Shown here piece after piece: positions 12,451 to 23,769 of a DNA stretch of 64,000 nucleotides (position 1 is its first letter; each line of letters opens with the position of its first letter). This stretch comes from Squalus acanthias (Eukaryota). The DNA is taken from NCBI GenBank assembly GCA_030390025.1, contig CM059432.1, forward strand, positions 127,720,001 through 127,784,000, written 5' to 3'. The position numbers were made by a program, and so were the translations under genes. The notes beneath the pieces were generated by a model. That model did not search any database. It was not told where the DNA came from and saw only the letters and a list, made by a program, of their open reading frames with translations.

Positions 12451-14382
12451 CAAGATTTAACTGTTGTACACTTGTTTAAATGCATTTTTCTGCTCAATTA
12501 TTGTACTGAGAACTTGATTTTTGATTTGCTGTATTTCAAAAAAAGTCAAAAGATTTCTAAGTATTTCTAAGGGAAGCACTGCAAATCAGAAATGCATTAA
12601 ACAGAACAGATGAGTCGTCTAAAGTGGCCCAAATGGTGTGAATCCCAAAAGTAAATCTACTCTATCAAAATTTCAAAAGTGAGCCACCGTATAACAGCCA
12701 CCAACCTTTAATTGTGCTTTATGATTCATTCTTCCCTCCTTTAAAACGATGCACAGTAGCTTGCTGCAATTACCAATAGCATGACAACTAATGGAACATC
12801 TGCACTATTAGAACTGTCATAATTGTTGGCATCCAAGATAACAGAAACAGGGGAAATAAGCTAGCTCTGGTCAGTAAGTGGTAAAATTATTTTTAAAAAA
12901 AGAGATGTCACAATAAAAGCCCATAAATAGCATGGCATTTGTGATGCAGACACTGCGGCAATTTAATTGCATCGAAGGGACAAAGTGCACTCCAAGAATA
13001 ATGGATCCTTATAAACTACCATGTTCTCTTCCTTCATGCTAAAAATTGACTTCTCTAATTTTTATTCCCCACCAAGTATGAATGGCAAGTGGCAGATTAT
13101 CAAAAAGTCAAAAGTTTGTGCTTTCATCTCGCAATTATAAGTGTGAGGCTAAGCCTCTGTAGAATTGGTACCTCAAAAGACTTCTGTTTGAACTTCCACC
13201 AGTGGGCTATTTTAGATCATTTCTTATTGATGCAATGGATTTGGGAAGTTATAACACTTCTCTGAACTTGACGCACTTGGTTGAAAATAAATGATACACT
13301 TCGAGGCACAAAAAATGGCATTTCACATTGTGCAAAATTAAGACAGCACTAGCCAATTAAAGCCAGAATTGCTGCAATCTGAGGCCAGTGAATATTGTAC
13401 AGCAGGCAGCAAATCAAAAAAAATATGCAAATTAAATTTCTGAACAGCTGTTCCCACACGTCAGCTGGCATCCCTGTAAAGCACAACTTGATATCAAAGC
13501 AACTGAAAAGCCATAATTGCACAAACACCGTCAGCAAATAAATGTTAAAAACTGAACGTTAGGACCACAAGTTAGCCAGTAATAGCATGCCAAAGCACAA
13601 CAGAAATCTGCCAATTGTTGGGATTTGGAACAGGTGCACTGACACACAACAAAGCAACCTGTATCACCTGCGGCAGCCTGTTCTCTCCACTTCCTGCTTA
13701 TGGGAATCTGGGCTCTGGGGTAGCGGTGTCCAGGGGTTGCTATAAATTCAAATACAAGTACCACATTTATTAACTTTTTTTGAACAAGTACAATAAATGC
13801 ATTTTTCACATGTTAAAAAAGTAACTCGCTACAGCACCCATTCTCCACCCCATCCAGTGATATGAACCGTAATGTTGATAGGACACAGTTTCCTCTGAAG
13901 AAAAGCACAGCATTGTTACCCAATACCTCTCACTACAGTGTTGTTTTCTCCTGGCTGGCGAATACAGCCCTGAGCGATTACTAGAAACAATAGGTTTTCT
14001 TCACAATAAGTTAATTCTATTGTTCCACTGGCATGGTTTATAATTCCTCTACCCAGTGATAGGTTAAGGGCTTCAAGTGATTTATTAATGGTTAACTGAT
14101 ACTGGAGAACAGGAGCTTTGTGTAATTGTTTTTTTTTAATTCATTGGGTTCAAATTATGCATACGAGAGTAAATTATACCTCCACATCATCCAGTTTAAT
14201 TTACACTTTTTTTTGTGCAAAATTCTGCCTGGTCAGGTAATTTTACAAGTGGATGATGCCAGTTCAATAGGCAGAAGTAAATTAAAGTAGATGCTGCTAT
14301 AATCCATCAATAATTTATGCCGAGTAATCTATTCAAACTGTGGGCACAATAGGATTGGTTGCTTCTTCGCATTAACTTTAAT

Positions 14383-14815
14383 GCTCGCCTCCGAGTCAGA
14401 AGGTTGTAGGTTCAAGTCCCACTCCAGAGACTACAGCACAAAGCTGGGCTGACACTCCAGTGCAGTGCTGAGAGAGTGCTGCACTGTCGGAGGTGCCGTC
14501 TTTCGGTTGAGACGTTAAACCGAATACCCGTCTGCTCTCTCAAGTGGACGTAAAAGATCCCATGGCACTATTTCGAAGAAGAGCAGGGGAGTTATCCCCA
14601 GTGTCCTGGCCAATATTTATCCCTCAACCAACACAACAAAAAGAGATTATCTGGTCATCATCACATTGCTGTTTGTGGGACCTTGCTGTGCGCAAATTGG
14701 CTGCTGCGTTTCCCACATTACAACAGTGACTCCACTTCAAAAGTACTTTGTTGGCTATAAAGCACTTTGAGACGTCCGGTGGTCATGAAAGGCGCTATAG
14801 AAATGCAAGTCTTTC
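14383..14815 (+). mobile_element. Deu-domain tRNA-derived SINE (SacSINE1-like), slightly 5'-truncated
   Basis: B-box GGTTCAAGTCCC; Deu core GGTGCCGTCTTTCGG.TGAGACGTTAAACCGA...; tail CGCTATAGAAATGCAAGTCTTTC. Confidence 0.88.
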
Positions 14816-15337
14816 TTTTTTAATGCTTCCATTTAAAATCAGAATACAAGGATATACTTCACAACCAGAAGACAAAACAAGCTATTGCTACTCACATGTG
14901 CAACAGGGAGATGAAAGAGTGCGCTTATGGTGAAAATAGGTCTTGAAATAATAATTTGCTTAGAATCAAGCACTATGATTTTCACCAAGACAGTGTGAAA
15001 TAAAAAAATACACAATACAATATGGGAGAGAGTGGGTCACATAATAGAGATCACCAATGCAGAGATGTCATTGTGCTGATAAATGCTGGTAAAAGAATTA
15101 AAGGCATGGGGAGCTAAATCTGCCATGCATCGTTTTTGTTGAGATGCTGTTTTTGCATTGCAAACATTAAAAACGCGTCATCAATAGCTTGCACTGACAT
15201 AGCGCCTTTAACATAGTAAAACGTCACAAGGCGCTTCACAGGAACATTATCAGTCAAAATTTGATACCGAGCCACATAAGGAGGTGCAATGAAAATCAAG
15301 GTGCAAATGTTGGTCAAATGCTTTTTAATAAAGACAT

Positions 15338-15416
15338 GGGAGGTGAATTTCCTCCAGGCTTCGCACTCTCCACTGCCAAAATTGCACCAGCAAAGCCCCG
15401 TGGAAATTCACCTCCC
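15338..15416. mobile_element. 79-bp hairpin MITE-like element
   Basis: Perfect 15-bp terminal inverted repeat GGGAGGTGAATTTCC...GGAAATTCACCTCCC with further internal pairing; no clear TSD. Confidence 0.6.
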
Positions 15417-15764
15417 TTAACCACAATGAATATTTCCAACCTTTAACCTTCAGAAACTGCCGAGAGAAGGGAAATTCCTGGAATTGCCACCAATAGTTAC
15501 TTCACAACATCAACTTGCATTCATCTGATATTTGATAGTTGCAACCATTCCAAGTTACTCCAGAGAGCATAGCTGTGCATATTTATTATTGGTACCAATG
15601 AAATAGCTCAAAACTGTAGGAGGACTGGGACAAAACACAACAGTCAGAAAATGTAATTAAAAAAATCAGTCCCTTCAGACCTTATATTAATTAAAAACAT
15701 ATTCATTGGATGATATCTTCAAGGAACAAAAAGGGGAGTCATCATCACTCCAGTGCAGAAGAAA

Positions 15765-16130
15765 GACTTTCATTTATACAACGCTTGAAATGTTTCACAC
15801 ATGAATTACTTTGAAGGGTAGGGACTGTTACATGGCCAAACTTGGCAGCAGTTATGTGCACAACTTCCCATAAGCAATGAATGAAATACCAATAAATCTG
15901 TTTTTTTGGTGGTACTGATCGAGGCAGGAAAGTTAGCCAGCGCACCGAGAACGCTCCCTGTCTTTCTCCGAATAGTGTTAAGGCAGCTTTAATGGCCACC
16001 TGGACCACTGATGTATGTGAAGGACAGCAACTCGGGCAATACAGCACTCCTCTCAGTACGACACGGAAGTGTCACATTGAGATTATAAACACAAACCATC
16101 AACATTCAGACCCTGCCGCAAGAATGCTAG
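15765..16130 (-). mobile_element. Degraded Deu-domain SINE
   Basis: Reverse-complement matches to the SINE tail and core (CTTTTCATTTATACAACGC, CAGCACTCCTCTCAGTAC). Confidence 0.55.
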
Positions 16131-16870
16131 CAACCAAGGAAAGCTGGCAAGTGACGAATGTATGAAACGGTCACACAGAGCAAATCTGGATCTGGCAGCT
16201 GCTTGGTGCTTCCAGCAGGTTTTCCCACTGCATATTGCACATGGAGCAATCTAGGAGCAGCGTCTGGTCAATGAAGCTGCTTCCTCGGTCACCAACTTCA
16301 GAATAAAACCCACAACAATTGCGTTAGTAACTTACTGGCATAGGTTTCACTTGTAATTTTGGTAATGAATTCACGCACCTGCAATGCATGGAGTCAAAAC
16401 ATGAAAAACTACAAAAAAAGTAACAAATTGTGAAGGGGAACCTGTTCTGTCAAATTACTGTACAACAACAACTTATATTTATATAGTGCCTTTAATCTAG
16501 TAAAAGGTCCCATACACTTCACAGGAGCATTTGGCTTACTGGCCACCAAATGTTTCAAGCCTAGCTGGGAACCGATAATATATTAAAATTATTAGGATTT
16601 GTAATTGAAGCAATGAAGGTTTTGAAGCAAAATCCTAGTGTAAAGTGAAGCCTGCACCATATGGTGTGCCTGAATAGCCTACTGCAGATTATTTCATGGT
16701 GTGGGGTACAGGAGTAGTTGGGGTATGACTTAATGGCCTGATCCTCTCCTAATCAGCAGTCCAAAATACCTGAATTTGATGGAAAACTACACCGTAAATT
16801 TGTAAACTTACTTTATCTCCTAAATTTTTAAAAATACTCTCAACATAATTTGTGCGCTTTTGAACTAGGT

Positions 16871-17700
16871 CATAAGAACATAAGAAATAGGAGCAGAAAT
16901 AGGCTGATCTTTGACCTCAACTCCACTTTCCCACCCAATCCCCATATCCCCGGATTCCAAAAATCTATCAATCTCAGCCTTTAATATACTCAACGACTCA
17001 GCATCCACGGCCCTCTGGGGTAGAGAATTCCAAAGATTCACAACCCTCAGTGAAGAAATTTCTCATCTCCGTTCCAAATGGCAGAATCTTATCCTGAGAC
17101 CATACCTCCTAGTTCTAGACTCACCAGCCAGGGGAAACAGCCTCTCAGCATCTACCCCTTCAATCCCCCTCAGAATCTTGTGTTTCAATGAGATCACCTC
17201 TCATTCTTCTAAACTGCAGAAAGAATAGGCCCATTCTACTCAATCTCTCCGCATAGGACAACCCTCTCATCCCAGGAATCAATCTAGTGAACTTTCGTTG
17301 CACCGCCTCTAAGGCAAGTATATCCTTCCTTAGGTAAGGAGACAAAAACTGTGCACAGTACTCCAGGTGTGAACTCATTAAAACCCTATATAATTGCAGC
17401 AAGACTTCCTTACTCTTGTACTCCAACCCCCTTGCAATAAAGGCCAACATGCCATTTGCCTTCCTAGTTGCTTGCTGTACCTGCATGCTAACTTTCTGTG
17501 TTTCGTGTACAAGGACACCCAAATCCCTCTGAACACCACCATTTAACAGTTTCTCACCATTTAAAAATATTCTGTTTTTCTATTCCTCCTACCAAAGTGA
17601 ATAATCTCACATTTCCCCACATTATACTCCATCTACCACCTTCTTGCCCATTCAATTAACCGGTCTATATCCATTTGCAGGGTTCTCTGTGTCCTCACTT
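16871..17700 (-). mobile_element. CR1 LINE 3' portion
   Basis: ORF 17160-17522 contains KANGMLAFIARGLEYKSKEVLLQLY...LEYC...RRMRGDLIE; CATAAGAACATAAGAA tail. Confidence 0.9.
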
Positions 17701-17999
17701 GTCAGCTTGCATGTTGCCTTGGAATTAGGTAAAACGACAGATACAGTACTAATGTTATTGCACTGTCTTGTACAACTGCCAAAGAACGCAAACTAATGTT
17801 ACATGCCTGGACTCTGGACCAAAGGCTCATTACATTCATGTTAAGTGGACCTCCTCTTATGGAGGGTATGTCCTGGTACACGACAAGCACCTCTAGATAA
17901 CTCAAATGGACACATTTAGCTTATATCACACACAATTACATCACCTTCAATGACATTTTACACATTCAATGATAATGCCCTAGTTAAGCAGACAGCTTA

Positions 18000-18370
18000 G
18001 TGGGGCTAGAAAGTAAGGAAGTGTTTAAAATTATGAAAAGCTGGGACAGAAAATGAGTGTTTCCAGCAGTTTAGGGGGTCTAGAACAATGGGCCATAGAT
18101 ACAAGATTAACTGTAAGAGATTTAGAACAGAGCTTCTTTACACAGAGCTTTATAAGGCTGTGAAATTCACTTCCAGGATTAGTGGTTGAGGCAAAAACTA
18201 TGTCAACATTCAAGATTAGACTGAAGAGCTGGATGAAGGAAAAGAGGATAACGGGATATGGAAGCAGGGTGGGTAAATGTGATTAGGGCTATTTGATGGC
18301 AAGAAAGGTAAACACCGACACGAACTGGTTGGGACAAAGTGGTCTATTTCAGTGTTGTAACTGCTATGTA
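18000..18370 (+). mobile_element. CR1 LINE 3' end fragment
   Basis: TCTAGAACAATGGGCCATAGATACAAG...TTCTTTACACAGAG...GTGGTTGAGGCA, typical CR1 ORF2 end and 3'UTR. Confidence 0.65.
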
Positions 18371-18795
18371 CAAGACACTTGTAAGCAATCTGTTTGCCAA
18401 AATTACATCTATGTAACATGATCTATTTTCACAGCATAACAATCCAACAGAGCCAAGTCAAGCTGAAATACTATACCAGAAACGAGTGTGATAGTCTCAA
18501 ACCTTGACATCAGAACACGTGAATTTTTTTTTTTTACTGCTTTACAAGATACTGCACTATTTCAGTTCAATATCTGTGATTATGCTCGTAGCTTTATCAC
18601 AAAGCTAGTTCATTTTGCCTCAGTCAATGTCAAAAGTGCTAGAAGATAAAAGCAGCTATTTCAAATTGCACTGAAAGATGCAACAGAAATTTCAAGCTAC
18701 AATTAAGCAGGTGTAAACAGGTGGGATTCAAGCTATAAAGAGACCAGCAGCAGTCTCTCCCAGACTTGTCTTCCTCTTTCTCCGCCTTCCTAAAA

Positions 18796-19262
18796 GTGTC
18801 AGCTGTGGCTCAGTTGGTAGCACCCTCGCCTCTGAATCAGAAGGTTGTGGGTTCAAGTCCTACTCCAGGGATCTGAGCACATAAAGCTAGGCTGGCACTC
18901 CAGTGCAGTGCTGAGGGAGTGCTGCACTGTCGGAGGTGCCGTTTTTCAGATGAGACGTTAAACCGAGGCCCCGTCTGCTCTCTCAGGTAGACGTAAAAAA
19001 AATCCCATGACACTATTATGAAGAGGAGCAGGGGAGTTATTCCCGGTGTCCTGGCCAATATTTATCCCTCAACCAACATCACAAAAATAGATTATCTGGT
19101 TATCACATTGCTGTTTGTGGGAGCTTGCTGTGTGCAAATTGGCCGCCACATTTCCCACATTACAACAGTGACTACACTTCAAAAAAGTACTTAATTAGCT
19201 GTAAAGCGCTTTGAGACGTCCGGTGATCGTGAAAGCCGCTATATAAAAGCAAGTCTTTCTTT
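18796..19262 (+). mobile_element. Full-length Deu-domain tRNA-derived SINE (SacSINE1-like)
   Basis: A-box TGGCTCAGTTGG, B-box GGTTCAAGTCC, Deu core, (CTTT)n tail; near-perfect TSD CTCCGCCTTCCTA (18780-18792) / CTCTGCCTTCCTA (19263-19275). Confidence 0.92.
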
Positions 19263-20744
19263 CTCTGCCTTCCTAGGCGACTCCCTCCTATGAATAAATC
19301 CAATTACATTTTATTCAAGACTCTCACAGACATATGCACAGAGTTTTGGTTAAGTGCATCGCTTCTATAAAAAAAAGGGTTTTAATTGGCTTCTGTCTCA
19401 TCGGTGAAAAGACGACACTGAATCACGTTTAAAATTATTCTTTATTGCCAAAAGAGTGTTTTTTTTTTACTAAATTGCTAACTAGAAAACCACTCACAGA
19501 TTCTTGAACTTTCTCATTCTTCAGTGATATGCCAGAGAATCCCAGTACTCAAGTCTTCATTTATAATGAATAAACAGATAGCCATGAGCAGAAATGCAGT
19601 AAAGAGAGTTGGGCTGAAGCCTCAGGACAAGGTTCGTTACTTGCAAATGTATAGTTGTGGATGGCGGGCGGGCGGGGGGGGGGGGGGGGGGGGGGGGGAG
19701 GGAGAGAAAGAGGGTGGAAGCGAGTTAAAAAAAAAGCATTCTGTGCTCATCATAGTAAGGCGAGGGATGGCAGACCTGTGAGTGGAACTGTTGCCCCCAT
19801 TTTGGACACTTACTGCCAGCATTGAACTCAGGTCAGGTACAGCATGGCCCAAGACACGGAGCAAGGTCTCCTCGTTCTGAGGGGAAAGATTGCCGAAGGC
19901 AGCATGGCATCTTAAGCTTTTTCAAAAACAAATGATAAATTGTATGCATTTTGGAATGTAAAGCTGGCGCTTTTGCATTTTGCTCAAAGTAAAAATAAGA
20001 CCCAGATATATATATATATATTTTTAAGGTTTTTGCAGTTTTAAACACAAAATATACGACTATTAAACTTCACGAACAGCAACAGCACTGCCACTTTAAT
20101 TACACGGTAGATTTTCAAGTTACAAATGGCCACTTTAAATGCTGATTCTCTGGTCGAAGGACAATTTCTCGCCACTACATTTGCCACCAGTTATGATTTG
20201 GACACATCCACAGCTCCACGTTGCCTCCCTCAGCTCTGACCTTGCAACCACTCTCGTTGGTATCCCGAGACCTGCTGGCTTGTCTGTCGGATGTACATTG
20301 CAGTTCTGCCTGAAAATCTTACGGCTTTCTGACTTATCTCTTCTGTTTGAGGCTGATACAAAGTAACTTGACAGAGAAAACTGCAAAGCTTCGAAATGAC
20401 ACTCTCTTAAGACAGATACAAGTGACAGCAATGCTTGAGAGCGTGATTTTATTCTACTTTCTTTTAAGAATCTGATCAATAGTTATTACGCAAGGTAACT
20501 GGCCAATAGCTTGCAACCTAGGCTGGTTTTGAGGCGGTCAGAGTTCACAAGTGATTAAGAGGCACAAGGTTCAAAAACACCAGCTTGATTCTCCAGAAAT
20601 TAATACGGCTTTAGTTTGAGACAAAGCAAATAACACTAAGTTAAATAGTGGTCATGATGCGGAGATGCCGGTGTTGGACTGGGGTGGACAAAAATGAGAA
20701 GTCGCACAACACCAGGTTATAGTCCAACAGTTTTATTTAAAATT

Positions 20745-20778
20745 ACGAGCTTTCGGAGCTGCTGCCCCTTCGTCAGGT
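20745..20778 (-). ncRNA. Minimal hammerhead motif (left arm of the palindrome)
   Basis: Reverse complement reads AC-CTGACGA-A-GGGGC(AGCA)GCTCC-GAAA-GCT-C-GT. Confidence 0.7.
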
Positions 20779-20790
20779 CAAGGTACCTTG

Positions 20791-20824
20791 ACCTGACGAA
20801 GGGGCAGCAGCTCCGAAAGCTCGT
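20791..20824 (+). ncRNA. Minimal hammerhead motif (right arm of the palindrome)
   Basis: AC-CTGACGA-A-GGGGC(AGCA)GCTCC-GAAA-GCT-C-GT. Confidence 0.7.
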
Positions 20825-21859
20825 AATTTTAAATAAAACTGTTGGACTATAACCTGGTGTTGTGCGACTTCTCATTTAAGTTAAATAGGACAGTTCAGAC
20901 GAGCTTGCATTTCCTGCTGCAGGAATGGATACAAGTATATCTCCATTAAACCCCACGGCTCATCGGTGTTAATTGTGATTACCAAAGAAAACACACAAAT
21001 GCACAAGGGAACAAACTAGGCCACAAACTCGTGCATTCCTGTTGCCTACCCCAGGCTACATCACCTGACTAAAGATTCAATTCAACAACTAAAGCCGCCT
21101 ATAAAACCCCAAAGTTAGCCTCATACGAGCTTGCTGCAATTGTGCTTGCTCAGAGCCTCTCTTAAAATTACCTGATTTTCAGGCGCAGCAGGAAAGAAGT
21201 CATTTTTCTGGTGTTTTATTGCAATTTTGAGGGTTTTTTTTAAAAAAAATCCATCCTCACTGAGACCTGCAGTGTATTTTCTGTTTCGTTTAATGCATTT
21301 TTATGGCAGAGGTCACGTTAAAAATTGAAAAGTTTTCCCGATTGTAAGTTCTTAAACACGTGTGCCTTATGTGCATGACTAATGGTTGAATAAGTGGAAA
21401 GTTAAATTTTCATATTTGGAAAAAATATATGATGCGAGTTGGGTGCTTTCCTTAGGCCCCGATTGTTTATGTCCATTTATGTTCGGGTGTATTCCAATAA
21501 GATTTGCAGGAAATTTGAGCGCAACTTGACATCGGCAGAATGGGGGCATTTCCAGGTCCAACCTCCGGGTTGCGCCCTCGGAGGAAATTCCAGAGCCTCT
21601 ATTGGTTCCAGACAAGCAGCAGCCCATTGGCACGGCCTGGCTGGAGTTCCAAGACTCCTGCCCGGGTGAATGCTCCTCATGTGTGCTTACATAGAGCTCC
21701 TATCACAGCTGTTAACATTTACATTTAGACAGCATGGGCACAGCACTTGAAGTGTCTCAACAATGCTCAGCGTCAGCGAGTAGAGCAAATCAGGTCATTA
21801 AAAAGGTCAATATTGAACCAAAGGGGAGGTAATCCTGCCACTTTATAAATTATTGGTGT

Positions 21860-22310
21860 GACCGCACTTAAGAGTATTGTGTACATTTCTAGTCGCCACA
21901 GTACAAAAAGGATGCTGCCGCTATTGAAAGGAAACAGAAGATAGCAGTGAGGATGCTTGAGGGGATGGAGGGGTTGCATTATGAGGAGTGATTATGTAAA
22001 TTGAGCATGTTCTCACTGGAAAAAGAGAAGGTTGAGAGGCGATAGGATTGCTGTTTTTAGGATTCTAAAAGAGACTAGATAATGCAGACCACGACAAGCT
22101 GTTTCACCTTGTCTGCAGCAGTAGAACCAGAGGACATGGTCTGTGCTTGAAGTGGAGTAAAAAGTCATATTGACTGGCAGGAACAGTATTTCAGTGTGCG
22201 AGTGGTCAATCTATGGAATGGACTCCCTATGGAGATGGTGGATTCATTCAAATACAAATTAGATAGATTTATTTTAGAAAATAACATGTTGCGACACAGT
22301 ATACAAGCCA
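21860..22310 (+). mobile_element. CR1 LINE 3' fragment
   Basis: GAGTATTGTGTACATTTCTAGTCGCCACA, TTCTCACTGGAAAAAGAGAAGGTTGAGAGGCGAT, GTAGAACCAGAGGACAT. Confidence 0.75.
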
Positions 22311-22616
22311 TTTGGGACATGACGTGGTAAGTGCAACATGCTTGGGAAGAAAAAGATGACTTTGGACCTATGGTTCCCAAAGCTCTCCACCACTGGGGTT
22401 TTCCCTAGGGTCATGTCTGGGTCTGTTGTAGACTAAATGACACAGATTGATTGCTATGATCAACTCCATTATCATTGTACCGTGCAACTACCAGAATGGT
22501 AGAAGGCAATCAGGATGGCCCTTGGTCTTTCTTTTGTCTAGCAATTCCTATGTTTACATTGACTGCGGGCAGGTTTAAAATTTGTCCAAGGAACCCCCAT
22601 ACGCACGATACACTTG

Positions 22617-22779
22617 TACAAAGGCCAAATACTGTGGATGCTGGAAATCGGAAACAAAAACAAAAAATGCTGGAAACACTCAGCAGGTCAGGCAGCATCC
22701 GGCCTGAAACCTTAACTGTTTCTCTCTCCACAGAGGCTGCCTGACCTGCTGTGTATTTCCAGCATTTTCTGTTTTTATT
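22617..22779. mobile_element. Inverted-repeat PLE pLTR remnant (same family as 36614-37207)
   Basis: AAAATGCTGGAAACACTCAGCAGGTCAGGCAGC / GCTGCCTGACCTGCTG.GT.TTTCCAGCATTTT inverted arms; 14-bp TSD GCACGATACACTTG at 22603-22616 and 22780-22793. Confidence 0.8.
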
Positions 22780-23769
22780 GCACGATACACTTGGTTTGAT
22801 ACCCAACTAGAGGGTTATACCAGACTTGCATTTTCCAGCGAGTCTCTTACCACTTCTCCCTGCAGTCAGGTCAGCCCTTTCTCCAGATTTACATTACAAT
22901 TTGAGCACTGCTTGACAGTGGTGTTAATGCTGAATCAATAAAGCCACAGATGCTGAAATGGTTTTCTTGTAACACAATTTACAACAAATGCTTCCTCACA
23001 GATATGCATTTACCCATCCTCAGCGTAGGATATACTTGACAAACAAACTATGTAAACCACTAATTATCAAAACAAGCCATTTCTGTTCCAATTTAATTGT
23101 CTCTATTATCCGATGTTATCTCTTGAACCTTAAATATTGTGATCACGCAGATCGAGTGTTCAAGATTAACATTTTACAAGAATTCAGCATTTTTGCACAG
23201 CAGCAAGACCTGAAATAAACTAGTTAAGAAAAAAAATGCTCCGTTTATTGTAACTGTGTACCATCTAGTGTATAAATCACAGCTTGCTACATTATATGCA
23301 AATCATACCTTTAATGCTTGGCCTTGTGTGCTCTCAATATTACAATGTGACTACTGGCAATCAGTGAATTTGCAGTTATTGGCAGCTGAACACGTGGGTT
23401 CAAAAATTTACTGCCAAGCAATTTCAAAAGGCAATTGGACATGTACTTGAAGAGGACTAATTTGCAGGGCTATGGGGAAAAAGCTGGGGTGTGGGACTAA
23501 ATTGGACAGCTCTTTCAAAAGAGACGGACACAAAGGGCTGAATCGCCTCCTTCTGATTCAGAGTGTCCCCAAGGCCTAAAGAAAATCAATCTCTCACCAG
23601 GAACAAGGCAGGTAAAATATTTATCCAAGAGGCAAATCTGGCCAACTAATGCAGAATTGCGTAGTGTTTATCCATAGGATAAATATGATACCAAATGGTT
23701 ACTATGGGTAGGAACAGAAACGTTATAGATATAAACATTATATGGAACCAAAGACTGACAGGAAAAACT

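Larger units (their letters stand above)
20653..20877 (-). mobile_element. Non-coding palindromic PLE pLTR insertion with two intact head-to-head hammerhead motifs
   Basis: Perfect 186-bp palindrome 20692-20877 centred on AAGGT|ACCTT plus a one-sided tail. 12-bp TSD TAAGTTAAATAG at 20637-20648 and 20877-20888. Confidence 0.93.

Noticed and set aside
18800-18870. tRNA gene
   Set aside because: The A and B boxes are the tRNA-derived head of a Deu-SINE and continue directly into SINE core sequence.
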